Shown here: positions 37,101 through 48,082 of the stretch, piece after piece | Numbering within the stretch: position 1 is the first letter of the stretch | Layout: the number at the start of each line of letters is the position of its first letter | Assembly: GCA_002269645.1 (NCBI GenBank) | Contig: NIVC01001914.1 | Span: 124,001-188,000, forward strand | Length of the DNA stretch: 64,000 bases | Reading direction: 5' to 3' | Source: Macrostomum lignano | Taxonomy: Eukaryota | Program-made: the position numbers and the translations under genes | The notes under the pieces: generated by a model | The model's input: only the letters and a program-made list of their open reading frames with translations | Databases searched by the model: none | Told to the model about the DNA's origin: nothing

Positions 37101-39440
37101 TCTAACAGGTGCCCCCCAACTGTGTCTAACAGCTGCCCCCCGGCTGTGTCTAACAGGTGCCCCCGGCTGTGTCTAACAGCTGCCCCCCGGCTGTGTCTAA
37201 CAGGTGCCCCCGGCTGTGTCTAACAGCTGCCCCCCGGCTGTGTCTAACAGGTGCCCCCGGCTGTGTCTAACAGCTGCCCCCCCGGCTGTGTCTAACAGGT
37301 GCCCCCTGGCTGTGTCTAACAGGTGCCCCCGGCTGTGTCTAACAGGTGCCCCCCAGCTGTCTAACACGTGCCCCCCAGCTGTGTCTAACAGGTGCCCCCG
37401 GCTGTGTCTAACAGGTGCGGCCCCCCGGCTGTGTCTAACAGGTGCCCCCGGCTGTGTCTAACAGCTGCCCCCGGCTGTGTCTAACAGGTGCCCCCCAGCT
37501 GTGTCTAACAGGTGCCCCCGGCTGTGTCTAACAGGTGCGGCCCCCGGCTGTGTCTAACAGGTGCCCCCGGCTGTGTCTAACAGGTGCCCCTCCGGCTGTG
37601 TCTAACAGCTGCCCCCCCCCCGGCTGTGTCTAACAGCTGCCCCCCGGCTGTGTCTAACAGGTGCCCCCCGGCTGTGTCTAACAGGTGCCCCCGGCTGTGT
37701 CTAACAGGTGCCCCCGGCTGTGTCTAACAGGTGCCCCCGGCTGTGTCTAACAGGTGCCCCCGGCTGTGTCTAACAGCTGCCCCCACCCGGCTGTGTCTAA
37801 CAGGTGCCCCCGGCTGTGTCTAACAGGTGCGGCCCCCGGCTGTGTCTAACAGGTGCCCCCGGCTGTGTCTAACAGCTGCCCCCGGCTGTGTCTAACAGGT
37901 GCCCCCCGGCTGTGTCTAACAGGTGCCCCCGGCTGTGTCTAACAGGTGCCCCCGGCTGTGTCTAACAGGTGCCCCCGGCTGTGTCTAACAGCTGCCCCCG
38001 GCTGTGTCTAACAGCTGCCCCCCGGCTGTGGTAACAGGTGCCCCCGGCTGTGTCTAACAGGTGCGGCCCCCGGCTGTGTCTAACAGGTGCCCCCGGCTGT
38101 GTCTAACAGCTGCCCTCCCGGCTGTGTCTAACAGGTGCCCCCCCGGCTGTGTCTAACAGGTGCCCCCGGCTGTGTCTAACAGGTGCCCCCGGCTGTGTCT
38201 AACAGCTGCCCCCCCCGGCTGTGTCTAACAGGTGCCCCCGGCTGTGTCTAACAGCTGCCCCCCGGCTGTGTCTAACAGGTGCCCCCGGCTGTGTCTAACA
38301 GGTGCCCCCGGCTGTGTCTAACAGCTGCCCCCCCCGGCTGTGTCTTACAGGTGCCCCCGGCTGTGTCTAACAGGTGCCCCCCGGCTGTGTCTAACAGCTG
38401 CCCCCCGGCTGTGTCTAACAGCTGCCCCCGGCTGTGTCTAACAGCTGCCCCCCCGGCTGTGTCTAACAGGTACCCCCCGGCTGTGTCTAACAGCTGCCCC
38501 CCCGGCTGTGTCTAACAGCTGCCCCCGGCTGTGTCTAACAGGTGCCCCCCGGCTGTGTCTAACACAGGTGCCCCCGGCTGTGTCTAACAGCTGCCCCCCG
38601 GCTGTGTCTAACAGGTGCCCCCGGCTGTGTCTAACAGCTGCCCCCCCGGCTGTGTCTAACAGGTGCCCCCGGCTGTGTCTAACAGCTGCCCCCCCGGCTG
38701 TGTCTAACAGGTGCCCCCCGGCTGTGTCTAACAGCTGCCCCCCCCGGCTGTGTCTAACAGGTGCGGCCCCCCGGCTGTGTCTAACAGCTGCCCCCGGCTG
38801 TGTCTAACAGGTGCCCCCGGCTGTGTCTAACAGGTGCCCCCGGCTGTGTCTAACAGCTGCCCCCCGGCTGTGTCTAACAGGTGCCCCCGGCTGTGTCTAA
38901 CAGGTGCGGCCCCCCGGCTGTGTCTAACAGGTGCCCCCGGCTGTGTCTAACAGGTGCCCCCCCGGCTGTGTCTAACAGGTGCCCCCGGCTGTGTCTAACA
39001 GCTGCCCCCCCGGCTGTGTCTAACAGGTGCCCCCGGCTGTGTCTAACAGGTGCCCCCGGCTGTGTCTAGCAGCTGCCCCCGGCTGTGTCTAACAGGTGCC
39101 CCCGGCTGTGTCTAACAGGTGCCCCCCTGTGTCTAACAGGTGCCCCCCGGCTGTGTCTAACAGGTGCTGTGTCTAACAGCTGCTCCAGTTGTGTCCAACA
39201 GGTTCCCAATTGTGTCTAACAGTTACCTCTCAGCTGACGTGTCTAAAAGCTGCCCCCAGTTGTGTATAACAGTTGCCCCGGCTATGTCTAACAGGTACCT
39301 CCCAGCTGTGTCTAAGAGGTGCCCCGGCTGCAGTCTCTAACATGTACAGTTGCCCCGGCTGTGTCTATAAACAGGTGCCCCAGTTGTGTCTAACAGGTGC
39401 CAACTAACTGCCTAACAGATACGCCAGCTGTGTCTAACAG
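34116..39440. repeat. 5.3-kb satellite of about 22-23-bp units GGCTGTGTCTAACAG(G/C)TGC(C)n
   Basis: Direct reading; variable C-run; degenerate edge at 39170-39440. Confidence 0.98.
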
Positions 39441-40569
39441 ATGTTCAGGCTACAATTGTCTAACACAAAAAAGCTCAAAAAACGGTGGCAAAAGCTGCCA
39501 CTAATCCATATCTTAAAGCACAATTGACAGCCAATAACTTACACTTCTCGGCAGCAAAGTCTACTTCTACACACTCGATTCTCTTGAGAAGACACAGTTA
39601 GATAAGCTTAAAACCTGCTCTTAGATACAGGCCACAAGTAGGAAGAGCTGCGTTGCTAAGAATGTGTGGCCTTCGAATAGAGCTCAGAGAGAGCGGGTTG
39701 GTGCACACAATTGCAAACCTTTTTTGGCCACTTTGCGGTGTACATGTACTCACAATTTGATAGCGCAATGTGGTCAAAGGACTCAAGACAGCAACTAAAT
39801 GTACATTTGAATGCACAGCGAATTTTGTCTCATTATGCATGATGCATAGCTGCTTTAATTGCTGCGTTGTGTAGAATTCGAGTACTTCAACTAGACAATT
39901 GCTGCACTGCAGTAATAATTAAAATAGTAATTCTATTCAGAAATTAAACTGCTTTTCCTTTACCACATCGTTCCACGTAGCTTCGTTAACAGACGATTTT
40001 TCTCACTTTTTTATCTTTAAAATTTTAAGAGAATAATCAAAGACTTCTACTGACAGTAGGATAAACAGTAAGTATATCGTACTTTTTTAGAAAATAACAA
40101 CAAATTGGCCGAGAAAAGCACTGGCAGCAATTGAACAGTTTTATTTACAAAAAACACAATTAAAAGTACAATTGAAAATGCCGCAATAAAAACAATAAAA
40201 CAAAAATAAAAAACACATTGCAATGCAGTTTCATTCTAATGGCTTTTCGAGCAATATTAATAATTAACCAATAAAAGAAAGCATTTCGAACTTCGTTAAA
40301 TTCTAGCGCTTTATATGGTTTTCAATGCGAATTCGAGAATTTAAACATATTTCCTCATATACTTATAGTAGTAAGTCGTGAGCATGATCAAATCAGTCCC
40401 GAATAGCTGACGGAAAACGATGATAAAATAATTAATAATAGACAATAAAAATAACAGTATGAAAATAAAGCCAAATTACAGTATTATAAAGCCATATATT
40501 GAGTTACTGCAGAGGTGAAGACGTGAAAATGAAAACAATGGGGTTTTGAGGATTTGAGATAATTTATTG

Positions 40570-41780
40570 AGGAATTAGGATTATTGATTGGGATTTGGGA
40601 TTGTTGACTGGGGATTTGGGATTTGGAATTATTGATGGGGATTTGGGATTGTTGACTGGGGATTTGGGATTTGGAATTATTGATGGGGATTTGGGATTAT
40701 TGATGGGTGGGGATTTGGCATTGTTGATTGGGGATTAGGGATTGTTGATTGGGGATTGGGGATTGTTGATTGGGGATTTGGCATTGTTGATTGGGGATTT
40801 AAGATTTGGAATTATTGATGGGGATTTGGAATTATTGATGGGGATTTGGGATTATTGATGGGTGGGGATTTGGAATTGTTGATTGGGGATTAGGGATTGT
40901 TGATTGGGGATTGGGGATTGTTGATTGGGGATTTGGCATTGTTGATTGGGGATTTAAGATTTGGAATTATTGATGGGGATTTGGGATTATTGATGGGTGG
41001 GGATTTGGAATTGTTGATTGGGGATTAGGGATTGTTGATTGGGGATTTAGCATTGTTGATTGGGGATTGGGGATTGTTGATTGGGGATTAGGGATTGTTG
41101 ATTGGGGATTTAGCATTGTTGATTGGGGATTAGGGATTGTTGATTGGGGATTAGGGATTGTTGATTGGGGATTAGGGATTGTTGATTGGGGATTAGGGAT
41201 TGTTGATTGGGGATTTGGCATTGTTGATTGGGGATTAGGCATTGTTGATTGGGGATTAGGGATTTTTGATTGGGGATTTGGCATTGTTGATTGGGGATTA
41301 GGGATTGTTGATTGGGGATTTAGCATTGTTGATTGGGGATTAGGGATTGTTGATTGGGGATTAGGGATTGTTGATTGGGGATTTAGCATTGTTGATTGGG
41401 GATTAGGGATTGTTGATTGGGGATTAGGGATTGTTGATTGGGGATTTAGCATTGTTGATTGGGGATTAGGGATTGTTGATTGGGGATTTAGCATTGTTGA
41501 TTGGGGATTAGGGATTGTTGATTGGGGATTTGGGATTATTGATGGGTGGGGATTTGGCATTGTTGATTGGAGATTAGGGATTGTTGATTGGGGATTTGGC
41601 ATTGTTGATTGGGGATTAGGGATTGTTGATTGGGGATTAGGGATTGTTGATTGGGGATTAGGGATTGTTGATTGGGGATTTGGGATTGTTGATAGGGGAT
41701 TTGGGATTGTTGATTGGGGATCATTTCGGACTCTAATCTGGAGATTAAAGTTTTTAGTCTCTCCGCATGGGATTTGACGT
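40570..41780. repeat. 21-bp G-rich minisatellite (TTGATTGGGGATTAGGGATTG)n
   Basis: Direct reading. Confidence 0.95.
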
Positions 41781-41948
41781 TGTTGGGATCATAAAGTTAA
41801 AATGATTGATTGGGATTTGGGAATAGAATAAAAATGGAAGTGAGCGACCTGCACTTTCAATTCAAACAAAATGCGCGGAGAAATAAAAATGAATTAAATT
41901 AAGAGATAAAGTTAGTTAAGACCAGTCAGTTCTCACTCTGCTGCTCAC

Positions 41949-42155
41949 CGATCTGCAGCCGAAGATGCCGCAGGCGAATCTCCATCATAAGATCCTCTTC
42001 ATCGTCGACCTCGCCGCCGTGGCGCCAAGCCGCAGTGTCGGGCGCCAGTTTTCGAGCTGACAGCGGCGCCTCCTGCGGCCGGCGGCGGCATGGATTCGGC
42101 TGGCTCGAATTCGAGTTCGAATGAAGCACTGGCTGAGCTCGGAGCCGATGGGACT
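41949..42155 (-). CDS. BicC: BicC-like exon 2 (symmetric phase 1-1, 207 nt)
   Basis: Pyrimidine-rich acceptor ctctctgcacactcaacgcag| at 42156 and donor atcg|GTGAGC at 41948; open frame SHRLRAQP..DDEEDLMMEIRLRHLRLQI. Confidence 0.6.
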
Positions 42156-42282
42156 CTGCGTTGAGTGTGCAGAGAGGGGATGAGGTGTCGTATCGAATAG
42201 AGCAAAAGTTGGCGCCAAATCCAGACGAAGAAAATCTGGCGCTAAATAAAAATGAACAAAGATGCAAAAGCAGCGAACTCAC

Positions 42283-43645
42283 CAGACTCAAATATCTGCA
42301 GGTTCCTCAGCAGGTCAGAAGACGGCAGAACTGGCTTAGTGGGTCGAAGCAGCAGAGCCGCTGGTCGAATACGCAGCTGCTTCCGCTGCTGCTCGGAATT
42401 CGCCGGCTGCCGGAGTTCAGGCGAGCGCGGGCCCGAGCGAGCGTTAGCCATGACGAACTGCTTCGGCGAATTCAAATAGAATGGCAGCTCTGGACAATTA
42501 GCCTTTGGCCAACTAAGCCGAACTCGTTGCCATAGCGACAAAAGCTGTGGCATGTTTTTCTGCGAAAGCAGCCATTTTACATCGAATAGTGCAGCAATAT
42601 TCGATTCGTGCGTCTCCAAAGAAATCTTCTGGCCGACAAAGAATCGTTTGAAATAAGCCGAATCGCTGAATGCGGCATTCGAGCTGCCGAATGCATCGCC
42701 GATGTTGCACTTGATTCGAACTTTGTAGACATCCTCGAGGATTTGAATAGCGTTTGAGTCGGTCAGATTCTCAGACACTGTGTTGGAAGCGATCAGCATG
42801 CTGATTGGCAGCGAGTTGGTCAGCAGAATCTTCGTCTTCAGAACCTTCATCGGATCCTGGCTAGAAATTTCCACAACGGAGTCGTCTTTCAGCTCGATAG
42901 TGACACCGATATCTTTGAAAAATGCATGCACAGCGGCGGCTGGCGTGGAGGATTCAATGCTGGACAGTTGGAAGCTCTTTGGAATCGCTCCGTTGACAGT
43001 CTGGACTACCTGGTTCCAGTGATTGATGGGAATGCGATCCGCAGTGTAGAGCTTCGACATTGGCTGGTTGAACTTGCGAACTAGGCTCTCCTGAATGAGA
43101 TTGGCAACAAAGACAACCTTAGAGCCGCTCTCTATGATGCCGCGGAGCACAAAAGTGGCGGGAGCTTCCTTCTCGACGGAAATAGAGATTGATTCGTAGC
43201 AAGCAATGGAAGCTATTCGACTAAGCTCGTTTGCGATGGCATCCGAAATCGATTGCAGACTAGGAAATACCATGCGGATGATGACTAGCTGGTTTCGTCG
43301 GATGTTTTGCACCGACGCGGTCAGAACCTCGGCCAGACGATCTTCCGCTTCTGGAGGGCATGGCTCGCGTTTTAAATCGAGCTCGGCCGGAGTGATGACA
43401 ACCTCGTCTGATCGCGACATGCCAGGCGTATCAGCAGATGATGAACTAGAGTCGCTCTGGATAAAAGCATCTTCCGAATTGCCTTTTAACTTTCGGCCTT
43501 TGTTGACAACTTCTGGAAAGTTGATCAGGGTCTTGGATGCCACCTGAAGCTTCTTATGGAAGCTACCCTTTTTCCCAATGAGATGACTGTGGTCGTCTCT
43601 AGACACGTTGATGCGCATAATGGGTCCTTTCAGTAGATGATACAT
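42283..43645 (-). CDS. BicC: Divergent Bicaudal-C/GLD-3-like multi-KH RNA-binding protein, exon 1
   Basis: MRINVSRDDHSHLIGKKG..LINFP matches the BicC KH motif LKMDVSHTEHSHVIGKGG..IHFP. Later blocks ATFVLRG, LTNSLPISML and ISLETHESNIAALFDVKWLL line up with the BicC KH/KH-like repeats (alignment from memory). Strong donor tctg|GTGAGT at 42282. Confidence 0.8.
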
Positions 43646-43737
43646 TGTTAAAGTTTTTAGTAGAAAAGCAGAAATAAAATCAGAGCAAAGAAAATAACGG
43701 AGTTATTTTCAAGCGGCTGGCGCTCTAAAAAGTTATT

Positions 43738-43827
43738 AGTATATAAGGAGATAAACTAATGGCTGGAACCAGTTAGGACGCCAGGCGGAATCCTATTGGC
43801 TGAAACCGCTCAACTACTCATGATTGG
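43738..43827 (-). promoter_or_regulatory. Candidate core promoter of the BicC-like gene (two CCAAT boxes plus a TATA-like element)
   Basis: ATTGG at 43795-43799 and 43823-43827 (CCAAT on the coding strand), TTATATA near 43740-43746, about 95 nt upstream of the ATG. Confidence 0.4.
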
Positions 43828-44811
43828 TCGAGGGCTAGACGGGGGTTCGTGTTTGCGGTGCAGAGGGAGGGGCAGGGAGGGGAGGGCTTGTGGTCTGGCC
43901 TAAGGGTGTAGGGAAGAACGATTCAACGTTTAACTTATTCCCAATATTCCCAATCGTTTTTAAAAGGCAGTGTTAAACCATACGTGCTTAATGTTAATGG
44001 GATAATTATTTCGAATATGCTTTTTACCATTGAAATGAATTTGCTTGTATCCATTATGCAAGTTTATGCACCCATTTGCAGGGAATTTTTAATGCGAAGA
44101 AAAATTAATAACAAATTCTGAAAACTGAAAATCCTGAAATACCATTTTCACGAGGTTCTTGTATAGTTTTAAAAACGGAATTCCCTTTTGCCGAAATGAA
44201 AACGTGTTTTGCCGTCTAGTTTATTTTTGCGATTTACTTCTGCTGGTGGAAGGACGGACTTTTACTGTTCTTGTTGTTGTTCAGCATTCGCGAAATCATT
44301 ACATATAATTCCAAAATGTTAAAGCGCATACGAAATTGATTATTTCTCACAGCAAGCACGCAACTATACAAGATCTTTCAACTAAATAATACTACGAATT
44401 ACGATACAAATAATTTAACAAGTATGCATGAACTGAGAAAACTGAACTGAGAGCAAGAGTTGATGACAACGTTAGCAACTAAAAATCTATTTAACCAAAA
44501 TCGCCATGCATTGAGACAGTTCACATTCATTTAAATAGGGGCATATTAAAACAAGTAAAATATAAGTGCTTTTTGAAAGTAGAAGATTAGCCTAATAAAA
44601 CAAAATCTAGAATGGCTCAAAACATATACAGTACAGATAGGATAAAATCATGTAACTCGTATAACTCATATTTTAGACGCAAAAAATAGTTATCTAAACT
44701 GAAAAATACTTATAGGATGTTGCAATTGTATAATTGCAAGTCACTGCACTGAATATGCTGATGATCCATCAGAAATTGCGGCAAAGAGTGCAGCAATTTA
44801 GAAGGCAGGCT

Positions 44812-45289
44812 TTAACTATTCTTAACAGCTTCGTGGTTGTAAGGACACTGAAATTTATTCGTCAAAATATTTAGGATTTTAAATGAAAATCATGGTATAC
44901 ACTTGAATTTAATAAAGATTGTAGAATGTACTTACATGTCTACACAAGTGTCCACAGCAATGTCCACGTTTCTTGTGGGCAAGTTCAGTAAATACTCGAT
45001 AACCAGTCGCGGGGTCAATGTAGGTATCTTCGCCGCGGTCAACCGCACATTTATGAGCCTGCTGCACTTCTGGCGGAAGCGCAGCCTGCGCTGTTGTTGA
45101 GGTTTTGCAATTTGAAGCACTAGGACTAGTGTCACCATCCATGATTTCGCTGTTAGATTTCAGGCCGCATGTGAATTGAAGCTGAACAGTTTTTAGCGAA
45201 CCCCCAGGACAAATAATTAAGCGAGAGCCTTGAAAGTAACGAGCATAAATGTTGGTTGCTTTCTGCAAAGCATCCAATCTTGGGATCAT
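44812..45289 (-). CDS. C1orf53: C1orf53-like / DUF5522 small cysteine-motif protein (exons 45289-44936, 44847-44812)
   Basis: AHKCAVDRGEDTYIDPATGYRVFTELAHKKRGHCCGHLCRH|CPYNH after removing an 88-nt GTAAGT..TTTCAG intron; the motif is typical of this family. Confidence 0.85.
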
Positions 45290-45638
45290 GCAAATAAAAA
45301 ATAAATAAACTGGTAAAGAATGAATATAATAGATGTTTCATTTAGGTAGGTCGGACCATTGTACCAGCTCTAGCCTGTAGTGGGTCTCTAAAACCTACAA
45401 AGGCAATTAAATTACGAAAGGTGGCTTAAAATAAAGACACAAAACGGTTTATCAATATTAGTGCAACTGCACGGCATAATCTAAAAGAGCTGGGACAAAG
45501 TGGCGCCACTTGCGCTAGTAAACACGGTTTTATTGCCTCTCCTGAAAGTAGAGACCCCAGTCTGCTAGTAGTCATAAAATTTCAAGACAACCGCCCCCAG
45601 CCCCGATAAGTAGCGCAATATTCAAAACAAGTCTGAGG

Positions 45639-45737
45639 TCACGTGAGGCGGGTAGGAGGCTTGGCTGTCCCGACTTGGGGTTTGTTTTGGTTGAAACTTT
45701 CTCACACTTTGGCTCGCGCTCCGATTGGTCAAATTGG
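45639..45737 (-). promoter_or_regulatory. Candidate promoter of the C1orf53-like gene (TCACGTGA E-box, two CCAAT boxes)
   Basis: TCACGTGA at 45639-45646, ATTGG at 45724 and 45733, in a GC-richer patch 350-450 nt upstream of the ATG. Confidence 0.35.
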
Positions 45738-47557
45738 CGGAGCAAACCTCGGCCGTAGCGTCATAAAACTTTCAACACGAAACCAAAAGTCAAACCAAAT
45801 AACCAAAACGTTGAATTGGTTCATAAAAACAACTTTATTTGACTAATTAATTGATTAGTAATTATAATGGCTTCGCAAAGGCTAGACAGACAGGCGCACC
45901 AGTAATAATACAACACGATTCCTTGAATTTCCCACGACCAACAAAACAACTTTATCTTTTGATAACAAATGCGTGGTGGGTGGGGCGATTAAATCTCAGC
46001 TGATGCCCGCCTCTTGAGGCCCTAGTGGGGGCGGCACCTACATACAAAACTTATTCAATAAAGCTAGGGACTCCCTACTTAATTTTCATATCGCATCATC
46101 ACACTAATTATTTTCACAAGACTGAAGTTATGAATCTAATGAAGATTTATGAAAGTGCTGCGCTGATTGCCATATAAGGAGATATAATCATGTTTAAGAC
46201 TCAAAATGGTATACATGCTAACATTGCGAAAAGGTGGTCAATACAAACTAATCTGCACAATAATCGTCCCTGAGACTGAGCTAATATAAGAACCACGGGG
46301 CCCTACTGTACAGTCCAGTCACTGTATGAAAGCGTCGTTATTGCTTCTAAGTCTGTTATAATCTTACTTGGTTACCTAAAGTGGTACAATGCAAATATTT
46401 TCTAAACAAAAAGCAAAAGTCGTCAATTATGTAAAAATCAATTAATAGCAAATATATAGCATCATAAAATATGAAATTGCTTTGCAAATTGCAATTTCAA
46501 TATATTTAAAATTGGATTGTATTGAAAGCCAGAATATTCACATGTAGAATTACACAATTTAATATATTTACACATTATTTACAAAATGTCAGTACACAAT
46601 AAAAATTTAATACAACTGGAATTAAGTGATGCGTGAATTTTATGTTAATGTCACTATATAAACAGTCAAATAATAAACAAACTAGATAGGAGTAGAAATA
46701 ATTAAGATCAAGATTTAAAACTGCAAACACGATAGTATTAAACCCGTGCTTTTATGTACTTTTAGTGTCTTAAACCCGAAAAATACACCATTAAAAATAA
46801 AAAGCTATTAACTAAAAAATCTAAAATGAAAGATCACATATCGGTGTGACTTTGACACAATAAAATTAAATAGTTAAAAAGCTCAATGGATAAATTATAC
46901 CCCTATGTAATTCAATGATGGAGGTGATCAGACAGGAAATATCTTGAATTTTAATTGCAAGAAAGCTGATGATAAATTTACGTTTTTTAAAATCACATGC
47001 GTGTTATTAATAAATTTAATTCGATGAATTCACTGGCAAAAGCGAGACCGGAAAGCAACAACATTGGGCACATTAAAAGAACAAACTAAAGTACAAAATG
47101 CTCTCAACAGAAGTAGCACAATTGTATAGCATGAATAAACTTGTAACTTTTACGAGCAAAATAATTTTTACAAACGGGTTAAAAATATTCTGCTGGCAGA
47201 TCTTATGAATCATTTAACATCAACAACCATTAATAAGCAAATAAAATTCAGTTACTCTTTTCTTTTTAAAAATCTAAAAAGGCAATAAAAGGCAACGGAA
47301 GTCTGCCTCACTTAGTAAAACAAATTGATCATCACACGATTACAGCGCAGGATGCAAATTTGATCAAATTTCTAATAAAAAATCAATCGATAATCTCAAA
47401 AGACAAATTTCAAAGTCGTGGAACTGGGTTCATTTAACAAAAGTACACACTATACTTAACTTTTTCTGGCACGTTTGGTACTATTTATACTACTACAAAG
47501 TAGGCACCAAAAGAAAATACACGAATTTTAGTTAGGAATTATTAAAACTTTGAATTT

Positions 47558-48082
47558 TTAGGACTTAGAGAATTGCGTCTCCCAGCAGTTTTGACTGCCG
47601 CTGGACGCTAGCACCACCGGGGCCGGGCTGCTGGGCGCCTCATCGGGCAGCGAGCTCAACGGCGGCAAAGGCGGCGGCCCGTTAGTCAGCATCAGGCGAT
47701 TGGTGGCCAAACTGTTACTGCGTTTAAACGCCATGGAAGCCAGCCGGCCCTTGACGCTATAATTATCTTCGACATCAAAGGAAGCCGCCGACGGTAATTT
47801 TGGCGCCGTCGAAGTCGGAACCAGGTGCAAACTGACGCGCAATTCGTGCGACGAATCTGTCGACACGTCATCGCCGTCGTCGTCAACGCTGCTGCTGTCG
47901 TCTTGTTGTTCGACATCTTCAGCTGCCTCTAGCGGCGGCGTCGATCCTCTTGCGGCGGCAATCGACGACGGCTTTGGCGGAGGAGGTCGCGGCGGCGGCG
48001 GCCGTTTCGGCGGCTGTCGTTGCAGATTGCCGATTGTGTTGAAGATCTTAGTGGAGTCGACGCTAGACTTGTCGGTGGGGCT
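47558..48082 (-). CDS. DENND1: DENND1-like terminal exon (Pro-rich/acidic tail)
   Basis: acceptor ctttccag| at 48083; QPPKRPPPPRPPPPKP..CWETQFSKS*. Confidence 0.75.
   Translation of the reverse strand, partial: SPTDKSSVDSTKIFNTIGNLQRQPPKRPPPPRPPPPKPSSIAAARGSTPPLEAAEDVEQQDDSSSVDDDGDDVSTDSSHELRVSLHLVPTSTAPKLPSAASFDVEDNYSVKGRLASMAFKRSNSLATNRLMLTNGPPPLPPLSSLPDEAPSSPAPVVLASSGSQNCWETQFSKS

Noticed and set aside
42156-42300. Degenerate SAM domain in the short BicC isoform (LDLAPTFALF resembling IDLQTFLTL)
   Set aside because: Similarity too short and spacing wrong; needs an HMM search
42161-42535. 124-aa plus-strand ORF
   Set aside because: Antisense shadow of the BicC-like coding region; no recognisable motif
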